From Psammoneis japonica (Eukaryota): a DNA stretch of 64,000 nt. Positions 59,601 to 64,000 of the stretch are shown in pieces. Position numbers and translations under genes: made by a program. The first letter of the stretch is position 1. Each line of letters starts with the position of its first letter. The DNA is taken from assembly GCA_008632985.1 (NCBI GenBank), contig QPGO01000161.1:62001-126000 (forward strand), in the 5' to 3' direction. The notes under the pieces were generated by a model, which saw only the letters and a program-made list of their open reading frames with translations, was not told where the DNA came from and made no database searches.

Positions 59601-62600
59601 CCATGTTCTCATTCATCCGCACTATCCGCACGAACGCGCCGATCCAAATTTCTCGCTGTCACACCAGATATCCGCCGAGATTGCTCCATTCCTAAAAGCA
59701 ACGATTCATCAGCTGGAACAAATGAATGTCGTACAGAATCTTGGCAGTGACTTGTCGTCGCTAGTTGTTCTTGGCAAGGCACTCAGAGAGAAAATGCCCG
59801 GAATAATCAACGAGGCTTCAAGTGCAGTTGTCGATAGACAGGCCTCGGATGCCACTGTTGCACAAGCCGGTGGTCTTCGGAATGAAATGAGCAGCAGGAA
59901 TGCGACATCGGAGATCGCAGACGAGTCTAGTTACGGAGGGATGTTGAATGGCGATGCTGGTAGCACTTTCTCTCTAGGACAAAACGAAATGCCAACACTT
60001 ACCGAACCCCAAGTGGTTCTCGCACTTGCAGAAGCAATGCAAGATAAGGACATACCAATGTCGCTCTTCCTGTCAAATTCAATGCCGGTAAGAAATGCCG
60101 AGTTCTTTTTGTACCCGCTAAAAGATGTGGAAAGTAGCTCCGAACCTTGCAGAGTTGGCGTCAATCGAGGGGCAAGTGGAATCGATGGAATCATATCCAC
60201 GGCATCCGGGTTTGCAGAAGCAACCGACCGACCGACGACTCTATTGATCGGAGATGTAGCAGCATTGCACGACATTAATGCTCTACACGTACTCTCCAGT
60301 GGAAAGTCGTCCTCACAAAATTCCCTTCAGCGAGCGCCAAATCTTACTACCGTTATCGTCAACAACGACGGCGGAGGTATCTTTTCCTTTCTCCCTGTTG
60401 CTAAACATGGAAATGACGTTTCGTTTGATGAATTCTTTGGGACGCCAACAAGCTCGTTTTCGTTTCAACAAGGCGCTCAAGCGTTTGGCCTTTCAGTTGA
60501 ATACGCGTCAGACTACGAGTCCTTTTCAACTCTGTACAGAAAAAGTGTCCAAAGCGAACAACCAAGTATTGTTGAAGCCAAGGTTGTGGGAAGAGAAAGC
60601 AATGTTGCCGTGTCGAAGGAGATTACGCGTCGCGTGGTGGATTTCCTTGACACAAAGACAGAGGAGACGTTGCCAAGGGTAGCCTCTGAGTACCCTCTCC
60701 TCCCGATGAAGATACATAGACGCGACGAAAGTAGTGGAGTTGACCGCGAGAGCGACATTTCTTTCAAATCGCCGATTGCCAATGAGAACGACGAGAAGGT
60801 CCTAGTGTTGCTGCATGGTTGGATGGGCGACAAAACCGAGTGGGACCCGGTCGCAAGTGTTTTGACTCAGTCTTTATCCAAGGACTGGACAGTTATCTCC
60901 GTAGATCTTCCGGGTCATGGTTCTGCCCCGCTTGTTCGTTCGTCACAACAACAGGTCTTGCATTCCACATTAGGAATCCCGTTCAACGAACAAGCAGGAG
61001 AACTGGCTACCGAAAAGCAAGTCGACTTTTCGATTGATGAGCTTGCAACGTCGGTTCTGGTTTCCCTGTCAGAGCACTACAACTTGAAGACTGTGAACGC
61101 AATTGCTGGATACAGCCTTGGCGGAAGAGTGGCACTTGCGATGAAGAGACTTTCGATGCATAACGAAGGAATCCCACAGCTGATCAAGGCGGACACGAAA
61201 ATGGTATTGCTTGGTTCTGATCCCGGCACCATAAAGCCAGTCCCTGCTGACGAGATACCAACAACATCGACGGCAGAGGCGAATGCGTTGAGAATACGAA
61301 AAGACGACGCCCTTGCTTTGATGCTTGAAGCAACTACCAACCGCGAAATTTTGTTGCCTCCGTCGTTATCCGAGAAATCTCTATTGTGGTCCGATTTCCT
61401 GGAGAGATGGTATGGAATGTCGTCACTGTGGGGATCCTTGAATAAATCGCGATCGGGTTCCTATCGGTCAATGCTGGCAAAGCGAGTAAGTGCCTTGAGT
61501 AGTCGTGGAAGAGATCTAGCGGCTCTGTTGCAGCAAGCAACTCCCCCGCGACAAACAACAGCTGAATGGCTACTTGACGAATCAAAAAATACTTTGTTTG
61601 TTGCTGGAGGTTCGGATACAAAGTACTCAGAGATAGGCAAGCTGCTGTCGAGTGCTGACAGTGGAGTGGAATATGCCGAGATTTCTGGTGCAGGGCATGC
61701 ATTGTTAGTCGAAGCTCCTGCAAAAGTGGCCGCAGCAATTGGTGGTTTTCTCAGAACTGATCGAACAACTGGGCCACGATGGTTTGGTAAACGAAGGCCT
61801 CAGCAATCTCCTCAAGAAGAATCCGAAGACGACTTTGATAACGCAGACTTGACAGAATCTTCAGTGTCCATATCTACTGCAGACGATGAGAGCGAAGTCG
61901 TCTATGGCGACGTTGGAACCTTGGACTTTGAATCTTTTCAGATCGAGCTAAAAAACGGCAAGGAAGACGGAGTATTGGGGATTGGATGGGGCAAGAAGGC
62001 GGAGCTGAGTCAGGAGAATCGTGTTGATACGAGGTCTGGCTTCATTCTGAATCTCGTTTCATCCGATGGCTCGGCTGTTGGAATAGGAGAAGCAAGTCCA
62101 CTTTCAGGACTGCACCCCGAAACAATCGATGAAGCCGAAGCTCAACTCAAACTTATCGACGAAGGACTCAAGCAGATAAAGGAAGAAGACGTGCTACGTT
62201 TTGATGCCATGAAGCTGCTTTCCATGAATGGGGCTCTGGAGGAGTACATTGAAACTCTTGTGGCCGCACTCAATCTCGACGATCTCACTCCATCAGTGAA
62301 AGCAGGCCTAGAAATGGCTCTCCTTTCACTTGCTTCTCAAGTTCTCAAGAAACCTTTACTTCAAGCTATCTCTGAAAACTTTCCGGGTGATTTATCAGCT
62401 CAACCGAGTTGTCTTTCTCTGAACGGTCTAAGCATGAGGGGGCGGTCAACTTCAACTTCAAATCAGCCGCAACGAGGCGAAGACAAGGCGATTGCCTATG
62501 AATCCATAAAGGTCAAAGTTGGGCATCAAAGTGTCAAAGAAGACGCCCTATCCATTTCAGCAGCCATCCAAGACATGGAAAGGTTCAGCAGGAATCGAGG

Positions 62601-63917
62601 CAAAATTAGAGCCGACGCGAACCGAGCTTGGACAATGGAAGACGGTCAAGTCTTTACTAAAGCACTTGAGCGCCTTGAGGTAAGCTCCATGGCTCAAGTC
62701 GAATTCATAGAGGAGCCCTTGAAAAAGCACGTTGAAGATACGAGTAAATGGTCATTTGCTATCCAAGTGAAGCAACTTGAGGAGTGGTACAAGCTCACCG
62801 GAATACGTTACGCGCTTGACGAGACCTTGGCTGATTTGGCAGAACAATGTGGAAATGACTTCGAAAGCATGAAGAAAGAGATCGAATACGCATTCGCAAA
62901 CGAGACGATTGGCTGTGCCGCTTTTGTGTTGAAGCCCTCACTGCTTGGTTTGGAGTTGTCTCTTCGGCTTGCGCGAATGGCTCATGAAGACCTAGCCATC
63001 GGAGCGGTCTTTTCGTCATCCTTTGACTCTGGAGTCGGACTGGCGTACATGTCGGTTCTTGGTGCTATTTCCGATGCCGGAAAGTCGATAAGTCCATCGA
63101 CATTATATGCTCATGGAGCGGGAACATTTAGTCTCCTTGGAGCAGATACACTCTCTCCACCGTTTGCGTCCTACGTCGATGATGCAGGCGTGCTGAACGT
63201 TGCATCATTGTCTAGGGCATTGTATGGTCTAGGCCTCGACGAAATGAGGGAATCTTTGGCAATGAGACTGCCAGAAGAGAAACTTGTTACTCGGACAACT
63301 ATATCCCAGGATACCGAAGACTTTCAATCGTCTGCAAAAACAAGCGGTAGCGGTAGGGAAATCAGCGTTGTCGTATCTCTCCCGCTCCCATTTTCGGACG
63401 ATATCGCCAGTGCACGCTTCACGGATCTTCCTCAAATGTCTCGTTGGTCCCCGTGGCTCAAATCGGTGGCGTATCTTGACGGACGAGAGACGGAATGGAC
63501 GCTAAATGTTCGAGGCGTGGAGCTGTCTTGGAGAGCTGTAAGCACAATCTTGACAGAACCACATCGTGGTATCATGTGGGAATCCGTTTCGGGGTTGAAA
63601 AACATGGGCGTAGCGGAGTTTATCCCCTCATCGGAGGATTCGTGCACAATGAAAGTGAAAATGACCATTGTGACCCCCCGGGTCCTTGCGGCCCTCTTTC
63701 GTGGCACTTCTGTTTTCATTGAAGACTTTCTCCAAAACAAATTCTCAAGTGGAGTCTTGAAATGTTTCGCGACGTTGTCAAAGGGGACTTGGCACTCGAA
63801 CGAGGTGATGTAGAGCTTGGCGATGCGCTATTCGGCGCAGTAGAAGGAAGAGCAAATGCTATTGAAGCGTCCTTGTCCTATCCAGGAGACAAGGAAATAC
63901 CAACTCAAGACTTTTAA
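56696..63917 (+). CDS. PHYLLO: Plastid-targeted PHYLLO-type multifunctional phylloquinone biosynthesis protein: MenF-MenD-MenH-MenC plus C-terminal SRPBCC/polyketide-cyclase-like domain
   Basis: Signal peptide + ASAF. MenF: KVVLARR, TPERL, EALAGT, LHPTPAVCG, YAGAGIV. MenD: CPGSRSTPL, DERAAGF, LTADRP, NRGASGIDG, GD..NNDGGGIF. MenH: LHGWMG, DLPGHG, GYSLGG, AGH. MenC: KVKVG, DANRAW, IEEP, LDE, LKP. Two apparent 1-nt deletions (~57420 A-run, ~63742); corrected stop TAA 63915-63917. Confidence 0.93.
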
Positions 63918-64000
63918 AATGAGTTGGTGTTGAAAAAAACGAGTGATATCGCGTACGGCCTTCGCATCGTGCAGTCCAACAGTTACAATGCTCACTACTT

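Overview
Eukaryotic genomic DNA, very probably a diatom (inferred from short GT-AG introns, a signal-peptide + ASAF plastid-targeting motif, and a PHYLLO fusion gene). Three host-type islands have normal dinucleotide composition: a partial minus-strand gene (1-932), a 5'-truncated Cys-rich/HYR-like multi-exon gene (~30394-35777), and a plastid MenF-MenD-MenH-MenC-SRPBCC PHYLLO gene (56696-63917). Between them lie about 50 kb of nested, decayed transposons: a 13-kb multi-gene Plavaka-type element with TIRs and an inverted deleted sister copy, a MULE, a Ty3/gypsy with both LTRs, a hAT-like TIR element, and pogo-like and Penelope-like remnants. The dominant signal is a repeat-restricted hypermutation that converts TpA to TpG/CpA, the reverse of fungal RIP. 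Conserved Tyr codons become Cys/His, paired LTRs/TIRs differ mostly at TA/TG/CA/CG sites, TpA is lost before CpG, and the effect stops sharply at host genes. Two different DNA transposons here also carry homologous genes with an HxDxKN motif, one with an additional E-x-x-LCE helical motif. These are speculative candidates for DNA base-modifying enzymes. Most short Cys/His-rich ORFs in the ORF track are artefacts of TAA/TAG loss. All alignments and counts were made by eye.
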